DNA of 64,000 nucleotides from a virus (taxonomy: Duplodnaviria; Heunggongvirae; Uroviricota; Caudoviricetes), in the IMG/VR virus record IMGVR_UViG_3300028886_000029, positions 299,318 through 363,317 of that record; one strand, 5' to 3'. Below the pieces are notes generated by a model. It saw nothing but the letters and a program-made list of their open reading frames with translations. It was not told where the DNA came from and ran no database searches. Shown piece by piece: positions 9,645 through 20,945 of the stretch. A program made the position numbers and the translations under genes. How positions within the stretch are numbered: the stretch's first letter is position 1; each line of letters begins with the position of its first letter.

Positions 9645-10806
9645 CATGACAGCACCAGATAAGATTTACGTGCCTCAACATGATATTGAAGCAGGAAATA
9701 TTCAAGAATTGGGTGAACTTATTGTGGCAGGTTCAACGGAATACATTCGCAAGGACGCTCTTATAGAATGGGCAAAATACCAAATGTCGTTTGAACAGGG
9801 ATATAGTACTGGCGAAGCGGAACGTGCATACCGTTTTGCTATGATGGATTTGATTGAAAAACTAAATACAATATAATAAAAAACACAAATAACATGACAT
9901 ATTATTTAACAAATAACGGAACCATAATATATGGTTATTTATTGGTTGACACAGATTCTCTTTGTAATTATTATTACCCGCTTAATGGTTATGAAATTGT
10001 TTATTTTTAAAATTTAATTTATATGGCTTGGTATTATTTGGTATCACTAATTATTGTTTATATTGTGATGATTGTCGTCACAACCGTCCTACTCGCAAAA
10101 TGGTCAAAAGACAAGAACCCTGAGTGGATTTTTGTTGGCTTAGTGTGGCCTCTCGATTTAGTGATTTTCTTGTTCCTTGTGTTTCTGCGAACAATTGAAA
10201 TCATCGTTGGAAAATTTACGGACAAAGAAGAAGAACATAATTAAAAAAACATAACAACAAATGGAAACACCAGATAAAATTTATCTCGAAAAAGAAAGAG
10301 AAACAAATAAGATTTCCCACCTTTGGGGTGTCTCACCGGTAGTACATAGTGGCTACGAACATATTGAATATATCCGCAAGGATACTATAGAAGAAATTTT
10401 GAGGAAAATAAAATATCAAATGAATGAGGGCTGTAGTGACTGTTTTGATTTCATTGACTGGTTAAGAGATTTTATTGATGAGCAATTAGAAGAATGTTAA
10501 TATGACAAGAGCAGAAGAAGCGGCATTGAAAGTCCTGCCTAATTACCCGCTTGAAACTTATGCAGATGAGGACGAGTACATTGAAGTTGAATCAGTGCGA
10601 AGTATGCAAAGGGCATTTTATCGTAAAGGTTACGAACAAGCAGAGAAAGACCTTGTTTTGACTTGGAAAGATATGAGGAAAATATCCAGGATATTGGATA
10701 TGATAGTAGATGATGATATCAAGGGTAAAATTCCAGAAGAATGGGGAGACGAAGAATACTATGAGGAAGTCCTAAGGAGATACAATAAAGCAAAGGAGGA
10801 GACGAA

Positions 10807-11211
10807 ATGACTAACATAGAAAAGATACGCCAAGAGGTTGAAAGGCTTAAAAATGACTATCTGAACAGGAGTTACACATTTGTTCCAGTAGCAATGCAGC
10901 AACTATTGGAGTTTATTGCCTCCCTGTCAGAAGAAAAACTTTCTCTTCCAGACAATCTTGATGTGGCGGCACAAAAGGTTGAGGACTATTATGATGTTGG
11001 TGAGGAGCATGGATATTTATACTGCCATCGTGGAGATATAAAAGATGCTTTCAAAGCCGGTGTCAAGTGGATGGCTGAGCAAGGCTATACAACGGAAACA
11101 AGAGTTGATAGAACACCTATGAATGGACCGATTGGAATATGTCTGCATTTACACGATTCAACCGGCTTTAAGATTGATGACAAGGTAATAGTTCAAATCA
11201 GAAAGAAATAG
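10807..11211 (+). CDS. SLPDNLD/AFKAG-family phage protein
   Basis: SLPDNLD...AFKAGVKWMAEQG...DKVIVQIRKK, shared with 11512 and 38411. Confidence 0.8.
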   Translation: MTNIEKIRQEVERLKNDYLNRSYTFVPVAMQQLLEFIASLSEEKLSLPDNLDVAAQKVEDYYDVGEEHGYLYCHRGDIKDAFKAGVKWMAEQGYTTETRVDRTPMNGPIGICLHLHDSTGFKIDDKVIVQIRKK

Positions 11212-11220
11212 TGAACAATT

Positions 11221-11487
11221 ATGGAAACATTCACATTCGGAAAATATAAAGGTTACAAAATTGACACCATCATCGAAATCAACCCAAAATATGCTCTCTG
11301 GGCAGACCAAAATGTATCATTCTTCTCACTAACAGAAGAACAAAGAAACATGGCTAATTCTTTAGTAAGAAAATCTTTAAGACCGACCCATTGGTATTGT
11401 GATGATTTTGACGATGATTTATACGATGATAGTATTGACAGAGAATTTGAAGATGATTTGAGGGCTTGTTTTGACCCTAACTTATAA
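11221..11487 (+). CDS. Small protein with FGKYKG motif and acidic tail
   Basis: FTFGKYKG...PKYALW (ExoX C-terminal/DUF3820-like motif). Confidence 0.65.
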   Translation: METFTFGKYKGYKIDTIIEINPKYALWADQNVSFFSLTEEQRNMANSLVRKSLRPTHWYCDDFDDDLYDDSIDREFEDDLRACFDPNL

Positions 11488-11511
11488 TTAATATTTTTAA
11501 TTTAATGCGAT

Positions 11512-11958
11512 ATGACAAGAGAAGAACAAATAGTTGAATACGCCAACTCATTTAAAGGTAAAGGAATTGAAAGCGATGAACTGAAAGAGGTTATCCGTCT
11601 TGCTATTATTGACGGTGCAAAATGGGCTGACGCACATCCCCAGGAACCTTCTCTTCCAGATAATCTTGATGAGGTGGTAGAAAAATATGCTAATACTCAT
11701 TATGGAGAATTTTTTGAAGTGGAATACGATTTTGGCGAACCAATCGAAATTATAGTGGATGATAAATCGTTTGTGCGTGATGCTTTCAAAGCCGGTGCCA
11801 AGTGGATGGCTGAGCAAGGAGTGAGTACCATTGCCATTGTAAGTACTGAAAATGGAATCACGGAAGAAGGCATGAAACTAATAGGTGATTATTTGGAGTC
11901 CTTACCGGACAAAACAGAAGTTGTCTTACAAATCAGAAAAAAAACATACAACAAATAA
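11512..11958 (+). CDS. SLPDNLD/AFKAG-family phage protein
   Basis: Same conserved blocks as 10807. Confidence 0.8.
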   Translation: MTREEQIVEYANSFKGKGIESDELKEVIRLAIIDGAKWADAHPQEPSLPDNLDEVVEKYANTHYGEFFEVEYDFGEPIEIIVDDKSFVRDAFKAGAKWMAEQGVSTIAIVSTENGITEEGMKLIGDYLESLPDKTEVVLQIRKKTYNK

Positions 11959-13039
11959 CATTAATTTTTAAAATAATAAAATCATGAGAAAAAAATTCAG
12001 TTTCGAAAAAGAACTTTACAGAGGCACAATCAAACAACTGATGAAAGTCAAAAGCCTCAGGACAATCTCAATCTCCAATTATTTCAATTGGTTGGGCACA
12101 ACCAATAACCTCTCACCTGTGTCAACATTGAAATATAACCTTCAGGACGGTTATCTCAATATGTTTGACTCCAATAATGTTAAACTTGATGACGACACGG
12201 CGGCATCACTTTATGAGGATGTGTATAATGTCATCACCGACATATTCAAAAATGAATACGCAATCCCCTATAAGAAAAAAAGAAATATACTGGTCAAAAT
12301 AAACAGATAAATATTATGGATATAAAACTGCTAACAAAACTCAAGAAAAAGGCGATTCACAAATATAAAATCACCACTTATTATGATGACCACTATAAAT
12401 ACATGATTGTAAAACGGGATATGTTCTTTGATTGGTTCCCCATGTATTTTCACCTGCATCAAAACCTCAATGACGCAGCCCAAGACCTCACGCAAGTGAG
12501 AAGGAAATATATATGTGACCGCATCCAAAAACTTAAATTTCGTAAAACCAAAAAAAATACGGAACAACAAATAAAAATAATAAACTCAAATTGGTAAAAA
12601 TATCATGTGTCTATTTAATCCCACAAAAATTAACTTGAAACATGACATAACCACCTTTAAGGTTATGCTACAACATAAACATACCAAAAAACTCATCCCA
12701 CCTTTTTATACTCTAAAAGACTTCACATATGTTCTGGGTGAAACCTCCTATGTCATGGATAAGGAACCAATTTTAAAACCAAACGGAATAATGGAAGAAG
12801 GGATAATGTATTCTTGTCCAACAAAAAAATTGGCTTTAGAATATGCAACATTCATAAATGAATGCATCACTTATCGCATCAAATTCTGCTCCAGCTCCAG
12901 CATAAAAGATTATAATGTGGTTACCGTCAAATGCGTTATCCCCAAAACCACTGATTATTGCTACTATGACAACTCGTCACAAGAATACGGCTCACAAGCA
13001 CTGAAACCAATAAGAATCATCAAAAAAATTTAAAACAAA

Positions 13040-13075
13040 AAACACCCACAAAGGTAAAAACCGTGGGTGTTTTTT
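13040..13075. terminator. Bidirectional terminator
   Basis: AAACACCCAC...GTGGGTGTTT hairpin with flanking A and T tracts, between convergent genes. Confidence 0.7.
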
Positions 13076-13103
13076 AATAAATTATCTACCATTAATCCAA
13101 TAT

Positions 13104-13622
13104 TTATTCATAACCACCTGAGGAATCGTCAAAACCTTTTTCATAGTATTCCTCTAACCAACAATAACCACCTGAACCGTTAAATCGTGTATACAACCTA
13201 TACCTAATACTGCTGTTACCATTAACATATACAAGACCATTGTACTCTTTTATAAACAACGGACTGTACACTGATTTGTTAACGGAGTCAGGCGTTCCCT
13301 CAATGTAAACCTTATCACCTGTCTCCGAATCCGTCACGCCACTGACAAAAATCCTGCAAAACACGTTGTATATGCCAGGTGTGGTCATGGCTGACATCGG
13401 CGTTAGTGGTTGCAATACCTCCTCTGACGATGATGATTTTGCCGCATTTAACACATTGCCGCCACCACCACCACTTGGACTACTTGTGGGAAGGTTGGTG
13501 TCGGTGTTGTCAATATTGTATCTCTCACTGGTTTTACCACTTATGTTTGAACTACCATAAAAATAATATTTACGGTTGTAATTAATCACATTCCTCTTTA
13601 TGTTGATTGCTGTATATCCCAT
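13104..13622 (-). CDS. Hypothetical protein with Gly/Ser linker
   Basis: 172-aa ORF directly downstream of the 13647-14531 gene. Confidence 0.65.
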   Translation of the reverse strand: MGYTAINIKRNVINYNRKYYFYGSSNISGKTSERYNIDNTDTNLPTSSPSGGGGGNVLNAAKSSSSEEVLQPLTPMSAMTTPGIYNVFCRIFVSGVTDSETGDKVYIEGTPDSVNKSVYSPLFIKEYNGLVYVNGNSSIRYRLYTRFNGSGGYCWLEEYYEKGFDDSSGGYE

Positions 13623-13646
13623 TCTCTTATCTCAATTTCTCCTATA

Positions 13647-14531
13647 TTATTTTGCTTCGTATTTTTTGGGGTCGTCAGACCCACCTTCACTACTTCCCTC
13701 AGGTTCCAATTCACCCCATCTCATAGGAAACCTTGACATACTTAAGTAAGTACTGCCGTTCCTGTCAGCCCACCTGTGATAAATTGTCTCCGTCTCACCG
13801 TATATAGATGTACTACGCATAGGACCGATAATACCGCCACTACCACCACTGTTACTTGATGTCTTCACACGCTTGCTCCCCAAATATGTCAATACAACAT
13901 TTTCATTACTGTCAGTCGCACCAGTGACAACCCTCTCAGTCACGTTCTTTGTCAAACTTACCCAAGGAGTGTAATATGATGACACCTCTATCGGCTCCGC
14001 TGTCTCAGGAATAACAACCTCAAATAAACCATCACCAGGTATTGTGCTACTGTTTGTGTATAAAAAAGACGGTATTTCTTCAAAAAAAAGTGAACCAATG
14101 TACACATATAATATGTCTGTCTCATCTGTCATACAGACAAGTTTCGAAAAACCTAATGGAAGTACTTCTTCAACCTCCTTATATGCTTTTCCGTTAATAA
14201 TAATGTTTTCCTCTTCTGTTTCCGCCGTCAAATTGTTCAACGGTTTCACGTTGGTTAATAAAATACCAACACCATTTTCCTGCAAAAAAGTATAGTACTC
14301 ACCGTTACTATAAATATACTCTTTTGGCATCATACCTGGTTTAATCCAAGGTAATTCAATGTTATATTCCTCCAAAAACTCAAACCCATATAATGTGTCC
14401 CAGGTCTCACTTGTGTCACCGCTGCTCACAAGAACGTCAAAAACCGATGGCAACACAGCACTACTCGTGTCATTGTATGCCTTATCAAATTCGGTCTTGC
14501 TACTGAAAGCATGTAAAAAATCCTTTATCAT
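13647..14531 (-). CDS. Hypothetical protein sharing an N-terminal module with the LRR protein
   Basis: FLHAFSSKTEFDKAY...YYTPWVSLT versus WLHRFNTVAEYTTA...YLEPWVSYT. Confidence 0.7.
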   Translation of the reverse strand: MIKDFLHAFSSKTEFDKAYNDTSSAVLPSVFDVLVSSGDTSETWDTLYGFEFLEEYNIELPWIKPGMMPKEYIYSNGEYYTFLQENGVGILLTNVKPLNNLTAETEEENIIINGKAYKEVEEVLPLGFSKLVCMTDETDILYVYIGSLFFEEIPSFLYTNSSTIPGDGLFEVVIPETAEPIEVSSYYTPWVSLTKNVTERVVTGATDSNENVVLTYLGSKRVKTSSNSGGSGGIIGPMRSTSIYGETETIYHRWADRNGSTYLSMSRFPMRWGELEPEGSSEGGSDDPKKYEAK

Positions 14532-14684
14532 TCCCTATCTTTTCTTTTCTCTGAAGAACATAAAATAAATATCCTTCCCTTATTTTTCTATAAATATAAA
14601 CAATAAGGAAAAAAAACTTTCCAAAACACAAAAAAAAATAACTGGTTTTTCACCACTTATCAAGGTGAAATTCTCATTAAAAAT

Positions 14685-14928
14685 AATGAAAATTTTTCTG
14701 GGAAAATTTTTCCAAAACCAATTTTTGTTTTAACAAGGGGGTGGTCCTGTGAAAATCTGAAATTTTCCGGAAAAAAAATTTTTGAAAAAACCTACTTTTA
14801 TTTTAACAAGGGGTGGTCCTGTGAAAATCTGAAATTTTCCGGAAAAAAATTTTTGAAAAAACCTACTTTTGTTTTAATAAGGGGTGGTCCCCTGAAAAAA
14901 GTCATTTTTCCGGAAAAATTAACGGAAG
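14685..14928. repeat. Tandem ~72-bp repeats (3 copies, the third diverged, plus a partial) with TTTTCCGGAAAA palindromes
   Basis: Unit TTTTAACAAGGGGTGGTCCTGTGAAAATCTGAAATTTTCCGGAAAAAAATTTTTGAAAAAACCTACTTTT starting at ~14728, ~14801 and ~14872. Confidence 0.92.
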
Positions 14929-14959
14929 CAACTGTGCCGCCCATATTGTCATTTTGGCA

Positions 14960-15010
14960 GGGGGATGGGGATGGGAGGGGGTTTACAGTAGGGGTATGGG
15001 ATACATGGGG
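14960..15010 (+). other. G-tract cluster, potential G-quadruplex
   Basis: GGGGG-AT-GGGG-AT-GGG-A-GGGGG...GGGG...GGG...GGGG in an AT-rich genome. Confidence 0.7.
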
Positions 15011-15285
15011 ATACCACAGCCATACATAGTACTATCCATCATCTTGCTCTTATCATAGTTAAAACGTTTTATTTTTAAAAGAAATATTTTTAATGATACT
15101 TTGTTCATAAAAAAGATAAAAGTGTTTTATAGGGGCTAAAAATAAAAATCTTAAAAATATGCGGTGTTATATACATTGTGGCACTGAATATGCAAGTAAT
15201 GTATAAAGATAAAAAAAGTTGTGTATTTGGTGAAAGAAAAGTCCAATGTTATCGTATAAATAAGTGTAACAAAAAAAAATGTATT

Positions 15286-15510
15286 ATGAACAAGACTTAC
15301 ACAAACAGAGAGATTGAAACTATTCTTATCCGTAACGGATTTGTTATTGTTAGGAACAATGGTGGACATTGTATATATATGAGGGACAATGTAAGTATCA
15401 GTATTGTCATGGGTCATGATATGAATCCAATGATATGGAGGAGGTTATGTAAGGAAAACAATATTGATTGTAGGGTTTTAGACAAAAAATATTGGAGAAA
15501 GGTGAAATAA
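15286..15510 (+). CDS. HicA-like (dsRBD-fold mRNA interferase family) protein
   Basis: REIETILIRNGFVIVRNNGGHCIY...SIVMGHDM pattern; no HicB-like neighbour seen. Confidence 0.6.
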   Translation: MNKTYTNREIETILIRNGFVIVRNNGGHCIYMRDNVSISIVMGHDMNPMIWRRLCKENNIDCRVLDKKYWRKVK

Positions 15511-16244
15511 AACGGAAGTGGGGAAGTATAATATAGCAGATGTTTAACTTTTAAATTGTTTTGTTATGAAAGAGAGTTTGAGAAAAAAATTTGAGAAAGA
15601 GGTTGAGGGAGTTATCAACTATTTGGTCAATGCCGACAAGTTAAGGGGAGAGATTTTGTCAGATAGTGAGGATTTGGTTTTGTATGACAAATGGCAGAAT
15701 GTACTTGCCAAGGCTTATGACATTGTGGTGTCATTTGCTGATGAGCAAGGCATAGAGGTGGATTAGGAAAAAAATTTGTGGGGAAGTGAAGTTACGGCAC
15801 GGATATTGCTTGTAGTGTAGATGTATGTTTTTAATTTAATTTAGTTATGGCAATTAGCATTGAAAAAATCGAAGAAATGAGTGATATGGCCTTAGTAGGT
15901 ATAAGGAACATATCCGCACACGGGGTAGATACAATATGTAAAACAATAATAAATAGGTACAAGAAATGTGTTGACATGGATGAATATGTTGATACCGACA
16001 TTAACGCGGAGCATGGTGTTCTTGATTTCGTGATGATACTGATTGCTTTCAAGTTAAAATACAAGGGTGTTACCGATAGTTTAGGTTTGTTGTCATACCA
16101 TGGTGATATGCTCAACATAATGAACATGGTGTGTTTGATTATGATGTATGAGGAAAGAATGTAAAAAAGTTGTGTAAAAAGGTCAGTTTGGCATTGAATA
16201 TGCAAGTAAAGTAAGTGTATTGTTTAATTTAAAAAATAGTTATT

Positions 16245-16811
16245 ATGGAAAACAAGATTTACAACGCGTTGAACAACATCAAGGGTAACACTATTTTGGG
16301 TATCACTTATTTTAGTGACGTGCGTATGAACAAAGGTGGCAGGGCTTGCACCAATCCTTTGTGGGGACATAAAGTAGTAAGGGTTACTACGACTGAATTT
16401 CAGTTCGGTAACATCTATGAGAATAGTGTCAATAATAGGTCGGAGAAAGAAAGTGGCGTGAGGGTGTTTGAGACGGAAGCACCTAAAGGAAAGGTATGGG
16501 AGAAGTTCCCTTATTTTCTCAAAAACCTTGACGGAAGTAAGACTTATGTTAGGTTTTACAAGATGCGTAATGTTAAAGGCAGCAGTTTCATTCTTGTTGA
16601 TGGTCATTTGGTGACCGAAGATGAAATGATGGTTATCAAGGAGTATGAGCAGAAAAAGACTTATACAAGTCAAAAGCAGAGTGAAGCTGGATTGACGGAG
16701 AATCAAGTTGAGGTAAGGGACATCAATATAGACAACATATTGAGGATTGTTCTGAAAGGTGATGAGATTGTCAACACAATTGCGGAGGAAACAATAAAAG
16801 TTGGGGCATAG
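16245..16811 (+). CDS. Phage hypothetical protein
   Basis: 188-aa ORF between a promoter cassette and hairpin TTGGGG-CATAGA-CCCCAA. Confidence 0.8.
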   Translation: MENKIYNALNNIKGNTILGITYFSDVRMNKGGRACTNPLWGHKVVRVTTTEFQFGNIYENSVNNRSEKESGVRVFETEAPKGKVWEKFPYFLKNLDGSKTYVRFYKMRNVKGSSFILVDGHLVTEDEMMVIKEYEQKKTYTSQKQSEAGLTENQVEVRDINIDNILRIVLKGDEIVNTIAEETIKVGA

Positions 16812-18717
16812 ACCCCAATTTTTTTGTTTTGTGGTTGATTTGGCATAGAATGTGCAAGTAATGTAAGTGTATGTTTTTAATATAAATTGTTATGGAAAAA
16901 ATCGGATTAAGAAAATACAAGAGCGGTAATGGTTTCAAGCCTTGTGATAATTGGTATTATAGTTTAGAGGATGCTTTGGACTGTGTTGACCATGGTATCG
17001 CCAAACTTAAGGCGCAGTATGACATGGAAGGCAGGTTAAAAATCAATATCATTTTTGATGATGATGAGGGTTATTACTATGCTTGCAGGATTCCTAACAT
17101 GACCACAAGGGAGTTTAACGAAAGATATGGTAAGGATTATATAGATAATTTTAACTTTTATTTGTAGTTTGGTATAGTCCTTGCAAGTAAAGTAAGTATT
17201 AATTTTAAATTGTTTTTATTATGTACATTCTTTTTGATAGTGTCGAACAAAGGAAGTCTATAATCAATAGGCTTGAATCAATGGGATTTGAAAAGTCAGA
17301 ATTCAGTTGTTCTAATAATGAGGTTATTGGTGTCGGTACTTACTACAATCCACTATCTAATGAGAGAGTATATATATTTCTCAATAAGCCTATGGTGTTT
17401 ATTGATGATGAACGTTTTTCTTGGGTGATGAAAAGGACAAAGGCTGAAACCGAAGAAGAGTTTTTCAATGGATTGGAAAAAATGATGAATACAATGAACA
17501 AACAAGATGAATTGTTTGGTAGATATATGGCACATTAATTGCAAGTAATGTAAGTGTTGTTTAATTTTAAAATTGTTTTTATTATGGAGAAGTTTGTTCC
17601 GCAGAAAAAGAATGAGTTTGTTGGTGCCATCAAAAAGTATTTGATGGGTGGTTTTATTATTAGATATGATGGTATTGAAGAACATCCATTGGAAATACTG
17701 ACAAGGGATGGTGTTAAATTCCTTTCAACAATGGGAAACATTGGGAATGGTGTTGACAAAGGTTTTCTTCATAGTACCCTAAATTGTTCCCACAAAATTC
17801 TATTTCTTATAATAGATGAGTTGGAAAAAGAGTATTCAGTTAGAATAATTAGGTGTGGAAATAGTGGTTGTTGTCAATATGCAACTTATGGTGTATATCT
17901 TGATTAGTTTGGCACGGTAATTGCTATTAATGTAGGTGTTGTTTAATATTAATCAAAACACAAAAGAATATGAACAGAAGAAATGATTGGCAATATCTTC
18001 TTAAAATCGCCAATGAGGATTTGGAAAAGAAAGGTTATTCTTTACATCTTGTCGAAGATGAGGATGGATATTATAGTTGTGAGGTTTGGAAAGATGGGGA
18101 GTTTATTGACATCTATGCGGAAAACTATTGGGATGATGAACTTTCTGAACTAATTACAGATGCTTGGCATCACGTTTGTAAATATTTGGCACGTTAATTG
18201 TAATAAGAATAGATGTTGTTTAACTTTTAAAATTTAATTATCATGAACGTTTTTCAGTACGGAGCAATTTGCGAAAAGAATTGGGAGCAGAATCTTGCTA
18301 ACATGAGTGGATATGAAAGGAAATACACTTTTTATAGTGATTTTTCTATTGCGGAGTTTTGTGAGGTGTGGATGCGTGATAGGGGAGCTATTGTAGATAC
18401 TTTCAATAGGGTAATTGAAAGTTGGGGCAGTTCCATTGAAGCGATGAGTGAAATTGTTATGGTACTTAACCATAAGATATGGGCGTTTCATGATGGCGTT
18501 GATAGCAGTTATCTGAAATGTAATGAGACCAATAGGGATAAGATTGCAAGGTTATATGATAAGTTATATCGTAAGGCAGAAAATTTTGTCTATGAAAAAT
18601 TTGGTGAAGATAAGGACGCAATGAGGTATTATTATAGTGTAATTGATTAATTTGGCATATTTTGTGCATCTATTGTAAGCGTATAGTTTTAAGTTTAATT
18701 CAATAAAAAGTATTATT

Positions 18718-19197
18718 ATGAAGAAGTTTTTTAGATTTGTTTTTGTAACTTTGGTTACTATTGTATCAATGTATAATGTTTCTTTCGGACAAGTATGGAA
18801 AAGTACTTATCACGAAGCAGATGAATTGAAAGATGAAGATGCTTATTATTCTAATCTTTTTGTTGACAATAAAGGTGATGCTTTTGTTAGTTGGAGTAAT
18901 ACTAATGATGTAAAAGTTGTTAGCAATCGTGGTATTTTTGATTATGACCGTTATAACTTTGTTAAAGGAATTGTTGGTTTTTATGAAAATGGACAATTAA
19001 TGGAAAAAGTTTCTGTAAATTTTTATGTTCCTAAAGGCGATGCTAATAATGCATATACAAGTGATATAATAGATAAAACTATTGGTAAAAAGATTATTAC
19101 CCATCTTAAGACAAAAGGAAATGTTCGTATTATTCTCAGTAAGTATAGTGGTGCTGACTTTGACTTGATGATTCCTATGAATAAAGATATTAAGTAA
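18718..19197 (+). CDS. Secreted/periplasmic hypothetical protein
   Basis: Signal peptide MKKFFRFVFVTLVTIVSMYNVSFG|Q; Gln at +1 is typical of Bacteroidota. Confidence 0.7.
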   Translation: MKKFFRFVFVTLVTIVSMYNVSFGQVWKSTYHEADELKDEDAYYSNLFVDNKGDAFVSWSNTNDVKVVSNRGIFDYDRYNFVKGIVGFYENGQLMEKVSVNFYVPKGDANNAYTSDIIDKTIGKKIITHLKTKGNVRIILSKYSGADFDLMIPMNKDIK

Positions 19198-19944
19198 TTA
19201 AAAATATTTCCTATTTTTTCGTGCCATTCCGTTTGGTTTGGCACGATTTTAGTTATAATTGTAATTGTATAATTTTTGACATTTGATACACCTGAAGAAA
19301 ACCGAGTAGCCGTTTGTTTAATAAATAATAAGTAAAATATGGGAACAGATTTTCACGATTTGTTAAAAGAATTTAATATTAGTGATAACACTAAACTTGT
19401 ACCAAAGTACAAATATTATATTTTACATATCAGTATGTCTTTTGATAATAGTTATGTAAATGATAAAGTGGAATTTTATAATTTTGATAAGGCAGAAATG
19501 GCTGAACATTATGCAGAATTATTAAAAAAAGCATTTAGTGAAAAATATAAAGATAGACATCCTTGTTTTTCTTATAGCATTCATAGACAAACTTTTAGTT
19601 TAGTCACTGAATAAAGGTGGTTTGGCATAGACCTTGCTTGTAATGTAGATGTATAATTTTAAAACATTGTGTTATGGCAAACAAGAGAGTATCGTTAATG
19701 AAAGTAGCTGAATACATTTGGAAGCATTATGGGGGGTGTACTATTAGTAGGCTGTACACCAGAAACAACAAGATTGTTTCCAAATGTTATGTCGCTTGGT
19801 ACACAAGTCCAATTATTTTCACAAGGGACAAAAAGAAAAGTGAAAATTTAGGTTATGTTTACATTGAGGTGTAGTTTGGCATAGACCTTGCTTGTAATGT
19901 AAATGTAATATTTAAAAATTGTTTAACTTTAAAAAATAGTTATT

Positions 19945-20493
19945 ATGGAAAAGGAGAAGCAATTGATTAGTCTTGGTACGATGAATGTTAAAGGTGATGT
20001 TTATATTACTGACCCTTGTTATAACACGGATACTTGGTGTATGGGTTTGATTGAAATGAAAAAGGGTGAGTACAATTGTTTTGCTCATTTGTTTGATTGT
20101 GGTATATGGGGTGAAAGGATTGGGATACTTGAAATTATCCTTAATAATGAGATTGGAACAAGTTTGAGGACTGACAATCTTGGTTTGAATATTGGGGTTG
20201 ATAGTGGTCAAGCAGGTTTTTTCAATAAAGACTATTATGAGAATTATCATCATAGTCACTTTATTGACGAAAATTCAGAGGATGAGAAATGGTACAAAAG
20301 GGTGTGCGACATAACCTTAAGTGACGATAATTGTGGTGTTATTGATGATGAGGGTGTTGTATCTGAAAGTGGTTATGGTGATGGTTGTTATGATGTTTAT
20401 GGTTATTATAATGATAATGATGAATTGGTTGGTTTGAAGTTGGTATTTATATGGGAAGAAGATGAAGAAGAAAATGATGAGGATTATGAGTAA
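19945..20493 (+). CDS. DUF4241-like acidic protein
   Basis: ITDPCY, IGVDSGQAGFF and SGYGDGCYDVY motifs. Confidence 0.7.
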   Translation: MEKEKQLISLGTMNVKGDVYITDPCYNTDTWCMGLIEMKKGEYNCFAHLFDCGIWGERIGILEIILNNEIGTSLRTDNLGLNIGVDSGQAGFFNKDYYENYHHSHFIDENSEDEKWYKRVCDITLSDDNCGVIDDEGVVSESGYGDGCYDVYGYYNDNDELVGLKLVFIWEEDEEENDEDYE

Positions 20494-20910
20494 TTTGGCA
20501 TAGACCTTGCAAGTAATGTAAGTGTATATTTTGTTTAACTTTTAAATTTGTGTTAATTATGTATAACAAAGTCAAAGAAAATGTAAACAAATTGGTTTAT
20601 GATTGGGTATTGGCTTGTGGTGAGAACGGTCATATATATCCAAATGCTTATGTTGATTTGGAATTGTTTGGGGCAATTATGCACACTTTGATAATTGAGT
20701 TGTATTGCATGAACGGCAGGGATATTACAGTTATAAGCAGAGTTGAGGGGAGGGACGATGATAGGGATACATTTACTGATTTTTCACTTAGTGAAATGTG
20801 TCGGATGGCGGATGCTTGCGGTTATCCCGATGATTAGGTAAGTTTCAGAACTAATTTCAATTTGAATTGTTCATACTTTCTTTAAATCTTAAATACTTTC
20901 TTTAAATTTT

Positions 20911-20945
20911 AAATGACGGATGTTGTGAAATATCTGTCATTTTTT
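20911..20945 (+). terminator. Intrinsic terminator (identical copy at 23724)
   Basis: AAATGACGGATGTTGTGAAATATCTGTCATTT followed by a T tract. Confidence 0.8.

Larger units (their letters stand above)
8418..13033 (+). other. Run of about 15 small phage hypothetical genes (8418, 8668, 8901, 9309, 9646, 10023, 10261, 10502, 10807, 11221, 11512, 11984, 12316, 12605)
   Basis: Tightly packed co-oriented ORFs; several are paralogs of - strand genes at 38-64 kb. Confidence 0.8.

Noticed and set aside
14685-14928. 72-bp repeats read as a CRISPR array
   Set aside because: The units are contiguous near-identical tandem copies with no unique spacers
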